Program-made: the position numbers and the translations under genes
Notes under the pieces: model-generated
What the model was told of the DNA's origin: nothing
The model's input: the letters and a program-made list of their open reading frames with translations, nothing else
Database searches by the model: none
Shown: positions 10,044-25,300 of the stretch, piece after piece
How positions within the stretch are numbered: the stretch's first letter is position 1
Layout: every line of letters begins with the position of its first letter
DNA from: Candidatus Hadarchaeota archaeon
GTDB lineage: Archaea > Hadarchaeota > Hadarchaeia > Hadarchaeales > Hadarchaeaceae
Direction of reading: 5' to 3'
Assembly (NCBI GenBank): GCA_964514965.1
Contig: CAZETV010000002.1
Location: forward strand, 150,001 to 182,000
Length of the DNA stretch: 32,000 bases

Positions 10044-10306
10044 CAGATCATCCCCAGTTTCGATGCTATCTCGTCAGCCATAAATTCAGGCGCGAGCCTC
10101 ACATAAGCGCGTTTTCGTCCGTCTGGAATTATTTCTATTTTCACGTTGTCTACTTTCACTTCAAAAAGCAGCTCAATCGCGCGCTTCACGTCCAATCGGG
10201 TCGCATCGTTCGCCACGATAAACACGAGCTTATTTTCGGATTCGATTAACTTCACGACCTTCTCTGTGGCCTGGGGGTAAAGCACGACTTTATGCGGGTC
10301 CTTCAT
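10043..10306 (-). CDS. rpl23: Ribosomal protein uL23
   Basis: MKDPHKVVLYPQATEKVVKLIESENKLVFIVANDATRLDVKRAIELLFEVKV. The internal Met at 10306 gives a 4-nt overlap with rpl4 and is preferred over the track start at 10351. Confidence 0.93.
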   Translation of the reverse strand: MKDPHKVVLYPQATEKVVKLIESENKLVFIVANDATRLDVKRAIELLFEVKVDNVKIEIIPDGRKRAYVRLAPEFMADEIASKLGMI

Positions 10307-11091
10307 GCGAACAATCCTCCGGCGAGCTTTTGGATAGCTCCTTTTGTCCATACTGTAAGCCTTCCTGCAATTCCTCCAGGAGCGAGCTGTTCCGCGTTAA
10401 GAGTTCCAACTTTCACGACTTCGACACCGGGCAAGTTCCTCGCACCTAGTTTGATACCCTTGTCTTCCCCAACCACGATAAGTGGACCGACAGCCTGCCG
10501 ATATCGCCTGCCGCGCATCTTGCCGCGCCCAGCTCGAACTCGCTTACTTCTAGCAACGCGTTCCACATCCTGCCACAATCCGAGCTTTAGGAGAATCTCC
10601 TTCGTTTGGCTGGCTTTCCCGATTCCCTCAAGCTCGTTAGTTACTACAAGCGGGAGCTCAGAAACTTTTTCAAAAACGTGACCTCTAGAGCTGACCAATT
10701 TTTTATCTTTGGTAGCGGCGACCGTAGAGCGAATGGCAAGCCGGCGCTCTTTTCGGTTGATACGCTCTCGAAGAACCTTTTCGACTCTCGGTGGATGGGC
10801 CCGTCTACCTCCGACTGTGAAAGGAGCAAAAGCTCCATGCCCAGCAGCGGGGTAACGAGTTCCCTTCACGCGGCGAACTCTAGCAACGCCATGCCCCTTC
10901 CCCCATGTCTCGGCGGAAGTGCGCTTGCCCGCCATCCAGTCTGGTCCCCAAGATTGAAGCCGGGCAGTCTGGGCAGCCATCACCGCGCGCCTAATGATAT
11001 CAGGTCTAAACTGCTCATCAAAGATTGCTGGAATCTCAATCTCCTCCACGGGTTTACCCTCAAGAGAATATACGTGAACTTTCATCTTCAT
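10303..11091 (-). CDS. rpl4: Ribosomal protein uL4
   Basis: KVHVYSLEGKPVEEIEIPAIFDEQFRPDIIRRAVMAAQTARLQ...GKGHGVARVRRVKGTRYPAAGHGAFAPFTVGGRRAHPP. Confidence 0.98.
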   Translation of the reverse strand: MKMKVHVYSLEGKPVEEIEIPAIFDEQFRPDIIRRAVMAAQTARLQSWGPDWMAGKRTSAETWGKGHGVARVRRVKGTRYPAAGHGAFAPFTVGGRRAHPPRVEKVLRERINRKERRLAIRSTVAATKDKKLVSSRGHVFEKVSELPLVVTNELEGIGKASQTKEILLKLGLWQDVERVARSKRVRAGRGKMRGRRYRQAVGPLIVVGEDKGIKLGARNLPGVEVVKVGTLNAEQLAPGGIAGRLTVWTKGAIQKLAGGLFA

Positions 11092-12098
11092 GCACCCTGC
11101 TGGGAAGCTGTGCTTATGTAAGTAATAGAGGGAGGCGAAGTAGTAATTCTGGCAGGCAGGCGCATGGTTTGTCGGAGATGCACAAGCCTTTTCGTGGGGC
11201 CTGGTACCGAACCCGAGAGTACTATAAAATCTCCCTTGATTTGGCCATACCTAAGGAAACCCCCGCTCGGCGTCACCTCCTTTCCATCACCCCCAAGCTT
11301 CAAAATGCGCTTGTTGAAATCCGTGCGCTGGTGGTAGCCCATCTGTCCTGCGGCGGGGACGGTCCACATTACCCGCGCAGGCGACCAAGGCCCAAGCGTT
11401 CCAACTTGACGGTGCCCCTCCTTGGTCTTACGAGGCAAAATTTTGATTCCCCAACGCTTGACGGGCCCTTGAAATCCTTTGCCCTTGGTAATCGCGAGCA
11501 CATCGATATATTCGCCCTCTTTAAAAACATCTGCAACGCGAACCTGCTTTCCCAGCAACCCCTTACAGTAATTCCACCTTTCTTCTATCGTGCTGCCCCC
11601 GACGCGGATTTCGATCAAGTCTGGCTTTTTCTTGTGCACGTTGCTGGCACGGGGCTGGGTACACGCGAGTATACGAACATCGACAACTTTTCCTTCTTTA
11701 ATAAGAGCTTCTGCGCGTTCGACCGATTTCTGCTGGTCGTACTTTTTGGGCAAGTTTATTTTTTTAGCAAGGTCCTTCGGTAGCTCGCTCACCCAGATAT
11801 CCGTTGCAGCGTTGAGCCCCCGAGTTGTCGAGCTGTACAGACGAGCAGAACAGATGACAAGAGGGGGGGTCTCGACGACCGTAGCAGAAATATTTATCTC
11901 TTGACCCGAGGTCAGGCTACTCTTGCGATCGTCTATCATAAAGACTTGAGTCATCCCTGCCTTGTAGCCGACAAACTCTTGGAGGCGTAAGGTAGCTTCC
12001 GCTGGCCAAGCCCGCACATGGGCGACTGGGCGTGGGGCTCGCACTCTTGGCATATAGGCGAGTGAGCCCCGTCTTGGACGGTGTTTTCGCCCCCCCAT
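11088..12098 (-). CDS. rpl3: Ribosomal protein uL3
   Basis: GGRKHRPRRGSLAYMPRVRAPRPVAHVRAWP...VGYKAGMTQVFMIDD...ITKGKGFQGPVKRWGIKILPRK. Confidence 0.98.
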   Translation of the reverse strand: MGGRKHRPRRGSLAYMPRVRAPRPVAHVRAWPAEATLRLQEFVGYKAGMTQVFMIDDRKSSLTSGQEINISATVVETPPLVICSARLYSSTTRGLNAATDIWVSELPKDLAKKINLPKKYDQQKSVERAEALIKEGKVVDVRILACTQPRASNVHKKKPDLIEIRVGGSTIEERWNYCKGLLGKQVRVADVFKEGEYIDVLAITKGKGFQGPVKRWGIKILPRKTKEGHRQVGTLGPWSPARVMWTVPAAGQMGYHQRTDFNKRILKLGGDGKEVTPSGGFLRYGQIKGDFIVLSGSVPGPTKRLVHLRQTMRLPARITTSPPSITYISTASQQGA

Positions 12099-12099
12099 T

Positions 12100-12960
12100 T
12101 TATCCCTCGTTGAGCGTGTTCAGCAGCGCGAGCGTTGCTACAAGCGCTTCCTCAGTTCGAACGGTGGCGGCCCCTTGGCTCAGGATCGTATTGATTACGA
12201 CGCCAAAGAGTTTTCCAGCATCGACGCCTTGGCGTTTGCAGATTTCGAAGAGGCCCGCATAAGAGCCCCCGAAAGCCACCGTCACGCTATGAGGTTTGCT
12301 ACTCTCTATCGCTTGCATTACCCCATATAAATTTTGCCCGTGTCGTGAAGTCCCTATAACATAATCTGCTTTCAGGACTTTTAAAGCATCTGCGAGGGTT
12401 TTCGCCTGCATAACTTCATAGCCCCAATATTCGCTGACTTCGCTCCGTGATACCCGCTCGATTGCGCGTTTGCCCTCACCTAAACTTTCGCCGAGTCTAA
12501 CCGTTACCCGTTGACCAACACTGAGTTTTTCACTTGTAAGACCACGCTCACGTATCCCAAGTTCAAGTAGGCTCCCATTTTTATCCACATCTATAACAAC
12601 GGCTTCACGATAATTGCCGACGGCAGTTTTTTCACCTACAAGCGGGTGGGAGGGTATACGCAGCGGCGGTAGCAAACCAGCGTAGCGAAGCTCTCGTGAA
12701 TGTGGAAATATGAGTTTGCGCAGATATTGTGGCGTTTCCATATACTGCAAAAGTGTTGAAATAATTCTAGCCTCAAAGGCTTGATTTTTAACATGGGGAT
12801 CATCATCATTATAGATGCAAACCTTATCAACGCGGAAAATCGCCAGCGCACGCCCGATTAAACCAATCTTGAATGTTTTCTGCCGAAGGTCAGGTGCATC
12901 AGCAAAAAGCGAAGAAGGCAGCAGCACGAAAAAAGATTTGGATTTTCTTGACATCATCAC
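12100..12960 (-). CDS. SPOUT-class RNA methyltransferase-like protein (archaeal rpl3-upstream family, COG2106 type)
   Basis: LRKLIFPHSRELRYAGLLPPLRIPSHPL...GYEVMQAKTLADALKVLKADYVIGTSRHGQ...HSVTVAFGGSYAGLFEICKRQG; conserved position directly upstream of rpl3. Confidence 0.85.
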   Translation of the reverse strand: MMMSRKSKSFFVLLPSSLFADAPDLRQKTFKIGLIGRALAIFRVDKVCIYNDDDPHVKNQAFEARIISTLLQYMETPQYLRKLIFPHSRELRYAGLLPPLRIPSHPLVGEKTAVGNYREAVVIDVDKNGSLLELGIRERGLTSEKLSVGQRVTVRLGESLGEGKRAIERVSRSEVSEYWGYEVMQAKTLADALKVLKADYVIGTSRHGQNLYGVMQAIESSKPHSVTVAFGGSYAGLFEICKRQGVDAGKLFGVVINTILSQGAATVRTEEALVATLALLNTLNEG

Positions 12961-14414
12961 TAACCCTTTGCAACTCCCACAGGTTTCAAGCGTGCAACCA
13001 TTCGAGCGATTCCCGCCTTATGGGACACCTCACAGACCTTATGGATATCTTTATAACTCTTTGGCGCCTCCTCCGCAATTATCGAAATCTTAGCCGCTCG
13101 CACTATGATCCCCTTCGACTCGAGCTCTTTCTTCACATCTTCACCCCAAAACTGCTTGAGTGCTGCTGTGCGGCTCATGTGGCGCCCTGCGCCGTGGGCG
13201 GTTGATGCAAACGTTTCCTGCATCGCCCGCTCGGTGCCCACGAGCACATAGGATGCAGTCCCCATGTCCCCCGGAATAAGCACTGGTTGCCCAACGCTAC
13301 GATACAGTTCGGGCACACTGGGATGCCCGGGCGGAAACGCTCTTGTAGCACCTTTTCGATGTACACAAACTTTCTTGCGTCCCCCGTCAATCTGGTGTTC
13401 CTCAAATTTAGCGATGTTATGCGCGAGTCCATAAACGAGATGGAGACCCAATTTTTCTGCGTCCTGTCCAAAGACTTGCTCGAACGAGTCCCTCACCCAA
13501 TGCGTGATCATTTGTCTATTTGTGAAACCATAATTTGCAGCGCAAGCCATCGCTGCAAGATATGACTGCCCCTCAGGCGAATTTATCGGTACATTGACGA
13601 GCTCTCTATCCGGGAGAGTTATGCCATATTTTCTAACGGTGCGTTCCATAGTTCTTAAATAGTCCGAGCAGACCTGATGACCCAGACCTCTCGACCCGGT
13701 GTGAATCGTGACCGTTACTTGCCCTTCATGGGTTATCCCAAAAGAGGAAGCAACTTCTTGGTCAAAAATTTTATCAACCACTTGAACCTCCAAGAAATGA
13801 TTTCCACTTCCAAGGCTGCCAAGCTGGGGGAGACCGCGCTCTTTTGCACGCTGACTTACTCTACTCGCATCAGCACCAGCAAGACATCCTCCCTCTTCAA
13901 GCCTTTCCATGTCCTCTTTCCAGCCAAACCCATTCTCGACAGCCCACTTTACTCCGTTCTCAAGAACTTCATCAAGCTGGGAATAGGTAAGCTTGACCTT
14001 CCCCCTGCTGCCCAGCCCTGATGGCACGTTCCGGAAGAACGCATCTACGAGTTCGCGGAGTTTCGGCTCGATGTCTTTTTTGTCAAAATTAGTCAGCAAC
14101 AACCGCACTCCACAGTTGATGTCATATCCCACACCGCCTGGGCTAACGACGCCCGTCTCAGCGTCGGTAGCCGCAACCCCACCTATCGGAAATCCGTATC
14201 CTTGATGACCATCTGGGAGCGTTATCGAGTATTTGTAAATGCCCTGCAGAAAAGATACATTCGTGGCTTGCTCCAACGTTAGATCCCTGCACATCTCATT
14301 TAACAGCTCGGAGTCAGCGTATATCCTAACTGGAACTCGCATCCCGGACTTGCAGTCCTTAGGAATCTCCCACCGCACATCGTCGATTTTTTTAATCTTA
14401 TCCATCCACACCAT
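12960..14414 (-). CDS. rtcB: RNA-splicing ligase RtcB (3'-phosphate/5'-hydroxyl ligase)
   Basis: LPDGHQGYGFPIGGVAATDAETGVVSPGGVGYDINCGVRLL; GLGHQVCSDY; HRKGATRAFPPGHP; PGDMGTASYVLVGTERAMQETFASTAHGAGR. Uninterrupted, no intein. Confidence 0.97.
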   Translation of the reverse strand: MVWMDKIKKIDDVRWEIPKDCKSGMRVPVRIYADSELLNEMCRDLTLEQATNVSFLQGIYKYSITLPDGHQGYGFPIGGVAATDAETGVVSPGGVGYDINCGVRLLLTNFDKKDIEPKLRELVDAFFRNVPSGLGSRGKVKLTYSQLDEVLENGVKWAVENGFGWKEDMERLEEGGCLAGADASRVSQRAKERGLPQLGSLGSGNHFLEVQVVDKIFDQEVASSFGITHEGQVTVTIHTGSRGLGHQVCSDYLRTMERTVRKYGITLPDRELVNVPINSPEGQSYLAAMACAANYGFTNRQMITHWVRDSFEQVFGQDAEKLGLHLVYGLAHNIAKFEEHQIDGGRKKVCVHRKGATRAFPPGHPSVPELYRSVGQPVLIPGDMGTASYVLVGTERAMQETFASTAHGAGRHMSRTAALKQFWGEDVKKELESKGIIVRAAKISIIAEEAPKSYKDIHKVCEVSHKAGIARMVARLKPVGVAKG

Positions 14415-14483
14415 TCTTTCACCTTTAAACTAAACGGTGTTTACAGCGTTAATTACCCTTTTGTTTGAAAAACATGCAATTTT

Positions 14484-14909
14484 TCAAATATCGACGACCA
14501 CCTGCACCGAGCAACATTCAGGTTCGCACTTAATTTCCATCATGTGGTAGGTCATTGCCTTGACTGCAGTTCTCCCGAGGTGTTTAGTCGGGAAAAATGG
14601 TTCTCCCCAAGCTCTAGCAATGAGATTGAAGCCACTATTGGTGCCAGAAATCGCTACCTTGAACTTTGACATCACCAAATTTCGGGTGTCATGAAAGTAG
14701 AGCAATTTATCTAACCAATCGTAAAGCAACGCCCCCTCGTCCTCAGCCTCAAGCTCGATTTCAACCTCCTCGCGCGGTTCAACCTTGCTCGTGTCGACCA
14801 TCACCTCGAAGAGAGCAAGCGCTGCGTTCTCGAAGGCCTCAGCTAAGTCACGACCATAAGCGCGAAAGCCGATATCCGACGGGTGCTCAACCCACTCGAA
14901 GCGTTTCAT
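14484..14909 (-). CDS. Archease (RtcB activator)
   Basis: MKRFEWVEHPSDIGFRAYGRDLAEAFENAALALFEVMVD...LLYDWLDKLLYFHDTRNLVMSKFKV. The track ORF starts at 14963 inside tRNA-Ser; Met19 at 14909 is the likely start. Confidence 0.94.
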   Translation of the reverse strand: MKRFEWVEHPSDIGFRAYGRDLAEAFENAALALFEVMVDTSKVEPREEVEIELEAEDEGALLYDWLDKLLYFHDTRNLVMSKFKVAISGTNSGFNLIARAWGEPFFPTKHLGRTAVKAMTYHMMEIKCEPECCSVQVVVDI

Positions 14910-14921
14910 ATCATCACTTAG

Positions 14922-15006
14922 CGCCGGGGAAGGGATTTGAACCCTTGAGGCCCAAAGGGCCACACGCTCTCAAGGCGTGCGCCTTACCTGACTTGGCTAC
15001 CCCGGC
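14922..15006 (-). tRNA. tRNA-Ser (anticodon UGA)
   Basis: Acceptor GCCGGGG/CCCCGGC + G discriminator; anticodon arm CACGC-CTTGAGA-GCGTG; long variable arm GGCCCTTTGGGCC; T-loop TTCAAAT. 85 nt, no encoded CCA. Confidence 0.95.
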
Positions 15007-15049
15007 ACCAAAATGAAAGTATGTCTTTCACTAATTAACTATTTGAAAA

Positions 15050-15358
15050 TTAGGTCTTGAGCTCGATCTCGATCGCGACCTCTTCAGGCACTTGGATGCG
15101 CATGATTTGCCTCATCACTCGCTCGTCTGCCTGCATGTCGATTAAGCGCTTGTGCACGCGCAGCTCCCATCGATCCCATGTCGCCGTTCCTTCACCATCG
15201 GGCGATTTTCTCGTGGGCACCACTATCCTGCGCGTGGGTAGGGGAATTGGTCCCGAGAGCTTGATGCCGACTCGCTCCGCTATGCCGGAGATCTGCTTGC
15301 AGACCTCATCAAGCTTCTTTGGTTCTGTGCTTGAGAGCCTTATACGTGCCTTTTGCAA
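15050..15358 (-). CDS. rps10: Ribosomal protein uS10
   Basis: [57 protein letters not shown]. Confidence 0.97.
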   Translation of the reverse strand: MQKARIRLSSTEPKKLDEVCKQISGIAERVGIKLSGPIPLPTRRIVVPTRKSPDGEGTATWDRWELRVHKRLIDMQADERVMRQIMRIQVPEEVAIEIELKT

Positions 15359-15408
15359 TGATATCCCCCACCCTACCTAAAGGAGAGTGGATAATAAAAG
15401 AGTTGGGA

Positions 15409-16671
15409 CTACTTAGCAGGTGTCAGATCGATGCAAACCCCTGCTGCGATAGTCATCCCCATGTCACGCACAGCGAAGCGACTCAGTTGCGGGAGGTCAG
15501 CAGCCTTCTCGATTACCATGGGCTTGGTAGGCGTTATCTTAACTGTCGCCATGTCTCCCTTCTTTATGAATTCCGGCTTATCCTGAACCACTTCACCAGT
15601 CTTCGGGTCAAGCTTCTGGGTAATTTCTGATATAGTGCAAGCTATCTGCGCCGTGTGGGCGTGGAAAACCGGAGTATAGCCGGCAGCTAACGCCGTTGGA
15701 TGCTGCAGAACGGCAATTCGTGCGGTGAACTCCTTAGCCACGGTTGGAGGCGACTTCGGGTGTCCCGCAACATCACCCCGCCTTATCGCGGCCTTATCAA
15801 CTCCCCGAACGTTAAAGCCTATGTTGTCACCGGGCTCAGCCTGCGGTATTGTCTCATGGTGCATCTCAATCGATTTTACCTCTGCATTTACTCCCGCAGG
15901 TTCAAAGATGAGAGTGTCCCCAACTTTCAATACTCCTGTTTCAACCCTCCCCACGGGCACTGTTCCAACTCCAGTAATCGAATACACGTCCTGTACAGGC
16001 AGACGAAGCGGCTTGTCGACGGGTTTCGAAGGTACAGAGAACGCATCCAGCGAGGCGAAAAAGACGGGACCTGTATACCACTTCATCTTGTCGCTAGCTT
16101 TAGTCACGTTATCCCCATGAAATGCCGAAACGGGAACAAACGTGAATTTTTCTGGATTCTTGTAGCCAACCGTTCTCAGCAGGTCAATAATCTCATCTTT
16201 GAGCTTGTTAAACACATCCTCTTTGTAACTCACGACGTCCATCTTATTTACAACAATCACCAGTTGCCCGACCCCAAGAGTAAAGGCAAGTGCCGCGTGC
16301 TCCCGTGTTTGAGGCATGATTCCATCGTCAGCCGCGACCACGAGCACCGCTGCGTCGGCTTGGCTTGCTCCAGTGATCATATTTTTCACGAAGTCCCGAT
16401 GACCTGGGGCATCGATGACAGTAAAGGAGTAATTGTTCGTTTCGAACTTCTTGTGCGCAAGATCAATTGTAAGTCCCCGCTCTCGCTCTTCCTTAAGGGC
16501 GTCCATTACCCAAGCGAACTTGAAAGTCTTACCTCTGTCACCCATCGCCTCGAATTTTCTTATATCCTCCTCTTTCACCAATCCCCTGTCGTAAAAGGTT
16601 CTCCCTACCAATGTGGATTTACCGTGATCCACATGCCCAATTGTTATCAGGTTCAAGTGAGGTTTCACCAT
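15409..16671 (-). CDS. tuf: Translation elongation factor EF-1 alpha (aEF1A)
   Basis: [35 protein letters not shown] motifs; full length. Confidence 0.98.
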   Translation of the reverse strand: MVKPHLNLITIGHVDHGKSTLVGRTFYDRGLVKEEDIRKFEAMGDRGKTFKFAWVMDALKEERERGLTIDLAHKKFETNNYSFTVIDAPGHRDFVKNMITGASQADAAVLVVAADDGIMPQTREHAALAFTLGVGQLVIVVNKMDVVSYKEDVFNKLKDEIIDLLRTVGYKNPEKFTFVPVSAFHGDNVTKASDKMKWYTGPVFFASLDAFSVPSKPVDKPLRLPVQDVYSITGVGTVPVGRVETGVLKVGDTLIFEPAGVNAEVKSIEMHHETIPQAEPGDNIGFNVRGVDKAAIRRGDVAGHPKSPPTVAKEFTARIAVLQHPTALAAGYTPVFHAHTAQIACTISEITQKLDPKTGEVVQDKPEFIKKGDMATVKITPTKPMVIEKAADLPQLSRFAVRDMGMTIAAGVCIDLTPAK

Positions 16672-16725
16672 TCATATCTCCTCCTATCTAATTCCAATTT
16701 GCGCGTGCATTTTAAAAGCCTTGCG

Positions 16726-17376
16726 TTATCTCGCCCCTCTCGCTATTCGCTCAGTCTCACCTTTTCGCGCCACAGCGAAACTTTTCATGTCGTTGCTAGC
16801 AGCCATGATGAGTTCCTCAGCAAGGCACTCCTCGATAGGTTTTTTGTTCGAGAAAGACGCTGCGAAGCTCCCGGCCGCGAGATTCTTGAGTGCGATGTCG
16901 AGCCTCCGCTGGGGGGAAGAGTCGACTGCGACGTAATAGGTTATCCCTCCGTAACTTATCCGGGTAGTCTCCTCGCGTGGGGCCGAATTCTGTATGGCCT
17001 CAATCAAAACTTGAACAGGATTTCTATTCGTCCGCTTTTCGATAATCTCAAATGACTTACGCACAATGTTATATTCCTTGTATTTTTTGCCGCAGGCTTT
17101 GGCGCCGCGGATTGCCTTGCCCCCAAGCTTCCTCACGCCCGGCCCTGAACGCATAATTTTATTTATCAACCGCTCGACGATCGGCGCACTCGCTTTTCCA
17201 AATTGTTTGCGGGAATGCCTTCCGCCGCCATGCAAAACCATACCTGGCTCCAGTCGAATGTACTGCTTCAGCCCGAGGTCCTCTATCGCAATACCGTCGA
17301 CTGACCACTTGTCGAAGTACTTGAACTCCATCCAATCACCGCGCTGGCTTCTCCTTGCGCCCCTCCACGAGCTCAT
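16726..17376 (-). CDS. rps7: Ribosomal protein uS7
   Basis: [28 protein letters not shown]...[45 protein letters not shown]. The first residues overlap rps12, so the start is uncertain. Confidence 0.97.
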   Translation of the reverse strand: MSSWRGARRSQRGDWMEFKYFDKWSVDGIAIEDLGLKQYIRLEPGMVLHGGGRHSRKQFGKASAPIVERLINKIMRSGPGVRKLGGKAIRGAKACGKKYKEYNIVRKSFEIIEKRTNRNPVQVLIEAIQNSAPREETTRISYGGITYYVAVDSSPQRRLDIALKNLAAGSFAASFSNKKPIEECLAEELIMAASNDMKSFAVARKGETERIARGAR

Positions 17377-17773
17377 TCAGCGAGACATCATTCACTTTAA
17401 TCACCTTGTAGCGAACGCCAGGAATATCGCCGTAAGAACCACCTTTCGCACCCCCTATCCCCTCGATGACGACCTCGTCGTGCTCATCGATGAACCCAAT
17501 TGCGCCATCTCTAGGGGCGAAGGCAGTTACCTGACGACTATTCTTGATGAGTTGAACGCGAACGCATTTCCTAATCGCGGAGTTTGGCTGTTTGGCTTCG
17601 ATCCCAACCTTTTCGAGTACAATTCCCCTTCCTTGCGGCGACCCTTCGAGAGGGTCAGCTTTTTCGTCAAGTCTGAGCACCCGTCGCTTGTATTGAGCAC
17701 TCTTCCATCTATACTGCTGCCTTTTGGAACCCAGTTTCCGAGCTGCAAATTCCCCTCTGGAACCTTTACTCAT
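17336..17773 (-). CDS. rps12: Ribosomal protein uS12
   Basis: [72 protein letters not shown]. Confidence 0.98.
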   Translation of the reverse strand: MSKGSRGEFAARKLGSKRQQYRWKSAQYKRRVLRLDEKADPLEGSPQGRGIVLEKVGIEAKQPNSAIRKCVRVQLIKNSRQVTAFAPRDGAIGFIDEHDEVVIEGIGGAKGGSYGDIPGVRYKVIKVNDVSLNELVEGRKEKPAR

Positions 17774-17816
17774 AATTCCCCACCTAAAAGAACACTTTCC
17801 TTTCCAACCTTAAAAA

Positions 17817-18241
17817 TCAAACAAGTGAGAGGTCTTGAATCCCATGATGGCGGAGGGCAAGTTTCTTTGCGCACTGGATTTTTCTGCCTCCTCGACCGAT
17901 GGCTATTCCTCGGTCTTGTTCTTCGATGTCTATTAACGCGATTTTCTTGCCTTCACGTTCGACGATGTTGACTCCCCTGACCTTTGCGGGCATTAATATA
18001 TTTTTTACGAACTTTGCTGGGTCTGCAGAGTATTCGACGACCTCGACGCTTTTCCCGATTATTCGCTTTGTCCTTTTAATCTTATTTCCACCTTTACCTA
18101 TGACAAAACCAATATCTCCCATTTTCACAACGAAGGTGAGCCTAGCTCCATTTTCGTGAATTATACAATCGTGAACCCTCGCTCCCGTCAATCCCTCAAA
18201 GAGGGCGATGTAGCGCATTTCATCGGCGCTGAGTTTAATGC

Positions 18242-18245
<4 letters not shown>
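17817..18245 (-). CDS. nusA: NusA-like transcription factor (two-KH archaeal form)
   Basis: TFVVKMGDIGFVIGKGGNKIKRTKRIIGKSVEVVEYSADPAKFVKNILMPAKVRGVN...IAIGRGGRKIQCAKKLA. Confidence 0.95.
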
Positions 18246-22351
<4,106 letters not shown>

Positions 22352-25300
22352 CTATGCCCTATCTTTCAGCCGCAAGCGTGGCGACATGCACATCGACTTG
22401 AGTTCGTCAACTAGTAACTTGAAAGCATATGATATCTCCACCCCGTAAATCTCCGAGTCTTCATCACAAACTGGGCAGTATGTATAATCTCGCCGCCTGT
22501 CGTAAATCGCAAAACTGCCGCATTTGCCACATATAAGGCTGGTGTACCTGTCCGAAGCGTCCAAGAGGCGCTCCTTCAACAACATCGCTGCACCATGACC
22601 AATCAAGCAGTCACGCTCCATTTCTCCGAAGCGCAAACCCCCTTCGCGCGCCCTGCCCTCGGTTGGCTGATGGGTCAGAACCTGCACCGGCCCTCGAGAG
22701 CGAGCATGAATTTTGTCCGCCACCATATGGTGAAGTTTTTGATAATAACAGACCCCGATGAAGATGTCTGTGGGAATCATCTCACCAGTGACCCCATTAT
22801 ACATTATCTCCTTACCCGTGTGCTTGAATCCGCAAGCTTGAAGCATTTCGCGCAGTTGATTTTCCGGCATTCCCGCGAACGGAGTACCATCAATTCTTTG
22901 TCCAGAAATCGCCCCGACTTTACCGGCAATCATCTCCAGCAACTGCCCTACCGACATACGTGAGGGAATAGCGTGTGGGTTGATAAGAACATCAGGGACT
23001 ATCCCATTTTCGGTGAATGGCATGTCCGCGCTATCTAGGACGATTCCAATAACTCCCTTCTGACCATGCCTAGACGCAATCTTATCCCCAATCTCCGGTA
23101 TACGCAGGTCTCTGACCCGCGCCCTTACGAGTTTGTTTCCCTCAGATGTCGTGCTCATGAGAATCATGTCAACAATCCCTTCCTCGCTGGGTCTGACCCT
23201 TATCGAACTTTCCCGACGTCCATGCTCGACTGCGATGCCGAACTCGTCTATCTCCTCTAAGAATCTCGGCGGGCTTGTTCGACCAATCAAGACATCCTCG
23301 CCCCGAACTTCGGATTCAACCTCAGTTATCCCATCTTCCCCAAGGTTCCGGTAAAGGCTCGCGTCAGCATACCCTCGAATTTCCTCACTTGGGACCTCGA
23401 ACTTGTCCTCTTGTCCCCCAAGATACCTACCTTCCTCGGCCTCGTAAGCCCTGTAAAACGTCGTTCGCCCAAATCCACGACCAATGGAATCTTTGTTGAC
23501 GATGAGAGCATCTTCCATGTTGTAGCCGCCGTAGGTCGCGATTGCCACCACAACGTTCTGTCCAGCAGCCCTGCGGTCGAAGCCAACCGCGTCCATCACC
23601 TTGGTCCAGATAAGCGGAACTTGTGGGTATTGTAAAAAGTGACTCCGCGTATCTACACGGTTGTGAATATTGGTTGCTCCAACCCCGAGTGCCTGTTTGG
23701 CCATGTTCGCGCCGTAAGTATTCCGCGGTGATTGATTGTGCTCGGCGTATGGGATGAGTGCTGCGCTTATCCCCAACATCGCTAGCTGGTGAAGCTCTAA
23801 GTTAGTGTTTTCTGGTATCAGCTCCTGTTGCGAGATCGCGATAAAAGAGTTTTCCTCCTCCTCAGCGTCTAAGTATTCTATTACGCCCTCCTGAATCATA
23901 TCACGCCAAGTGAGTTCACCAGTCTTGACCTTCTCGATGTGTTCCTCAGCCAAAAGAGATTTCCCGCCTTCGACTACAATTACTGGTCTGCGCACCCGGC
24001 CGGCGTCCGTGTTTATCCGCACCTCGTTCGTGTCCTCCCTATACGCTATGTTAATTTGCTCATCGACGCTTCCCTTACGACGATGACGCCTGAATTCCTC
24101 CACAAGCATTTGCCCATTTTCGGCTATGCCAATTAATCGCCCGTTTATGTAAACAACACTCTTGCCCTTGTGTTCGCTGCCCTTCTGGATTTTTATGACG
24201 CCAAGCTTGTACAAGAGTCGCTCGCACTTCCCCTCTTCTGTTCCTGTCGAGATTTCAGCCATCAGCGCGAGATTTTTCACAAGCCCACAGTTCGGACCCT
24301 CTGGAGTCTCGCACGGACAAATCTTACCCCAGTGCGTCGGGTGGAGGTCACGTGCCTCGAAGTGGGGCTGGCTCCGGCTCAGGGGAGAGACGACGCGACG
24401 TAAGTGTGAGATGGCGGCAATGTAGTTCGTCCGGTCTAAGAGCTGGCTAACCCCGGACCGTCCACCCGGCCAGTTGCCAGTGGCCAAAGCGTGCCGGATT
24501 CGTTCAGTCAGCACATCCGCGCGCGCCGCGGTCTTGACATTCAGCTCCCTGCCCCTCGCATTTGCCCGCTCGAGCTGATATTTGATGTCCCGGGTGAGGT
24601 TGAGAAAAGCTAGCCTGAACACGTTCTCGAGCAAATCACCCGCCAGTTTCAGCCGTTTGTTCGCATAGTGATCCTTGTCGTTTACATCTCTCCGACCGAG
24701 CGCAAGTTCTATCACCTGCTCAGCCATTCTACCTAGATAATACACCTTACCGATGCGATCCTTTGGACGGGAACCTATGTGCGGTAAAAGATACCTGTCT
24801 AACACCTCTTGTGCCCGCTCCAGCCGGTATTCCTTGGTCTGCCCTATTGCCACTCGCTTCCCTATTAAGTCGAGTGCATCCTCGCGCGTTTTTACTTCCA
24901 CCGCTTCCTGTAGGTTCTCAAAGAGTTCACGAATTAGCTCTTGGTCATCAGAAACAGCTTCTACGATCTCGCGATCGCTCTCGAGCCCCAAGGCGCGCAT
25001 CAGAACCACGAGCGATACTTGTCCTGGAACGGCGGGAAACGAGACGCGCAACAAGCCATCACGCTTCCGCTCGACCACGACGAGTGCCCGAAAACCGCGC
25101 TGGGTCGAGAAGACCTTCGCCACCGCGGTGCCCATGCGTTCATCTCTTTCTACCAAAATCGAGTTCGACGCAAGATCCTCTTGGGTGACAATCACCCGCT
25201 CCGAACCATTAACAATGAAATAACCCCCAGGGTCTAGAGGGTCCTCGCCGGCAGCTATCAGTTCGTCCTCGCTCTTACCACTCAACTTGCAAAGTTTTGA

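Noticed and set aside
14910-14963. N-terminal extension MALWASRVQIPSPALSDD of archease
   Set aside because: Mostly encoded by tRNA-Ser sequence; VQIPSPAL-type peptides are a common tRNA over-annotation artefact.
15700-17055. Long plus-strand ORF (451 aa)
   Set aside because: Entirely antisense to EF-1A and rps7, no recognisable domain; explained by codon bias of the real minus-strand genes.
17066-17971. Plus-strand ORF (301 aa)
   Set aside because: Antisense to rps7, rps12 and nusA; low-complexity composition, no family resemblance.
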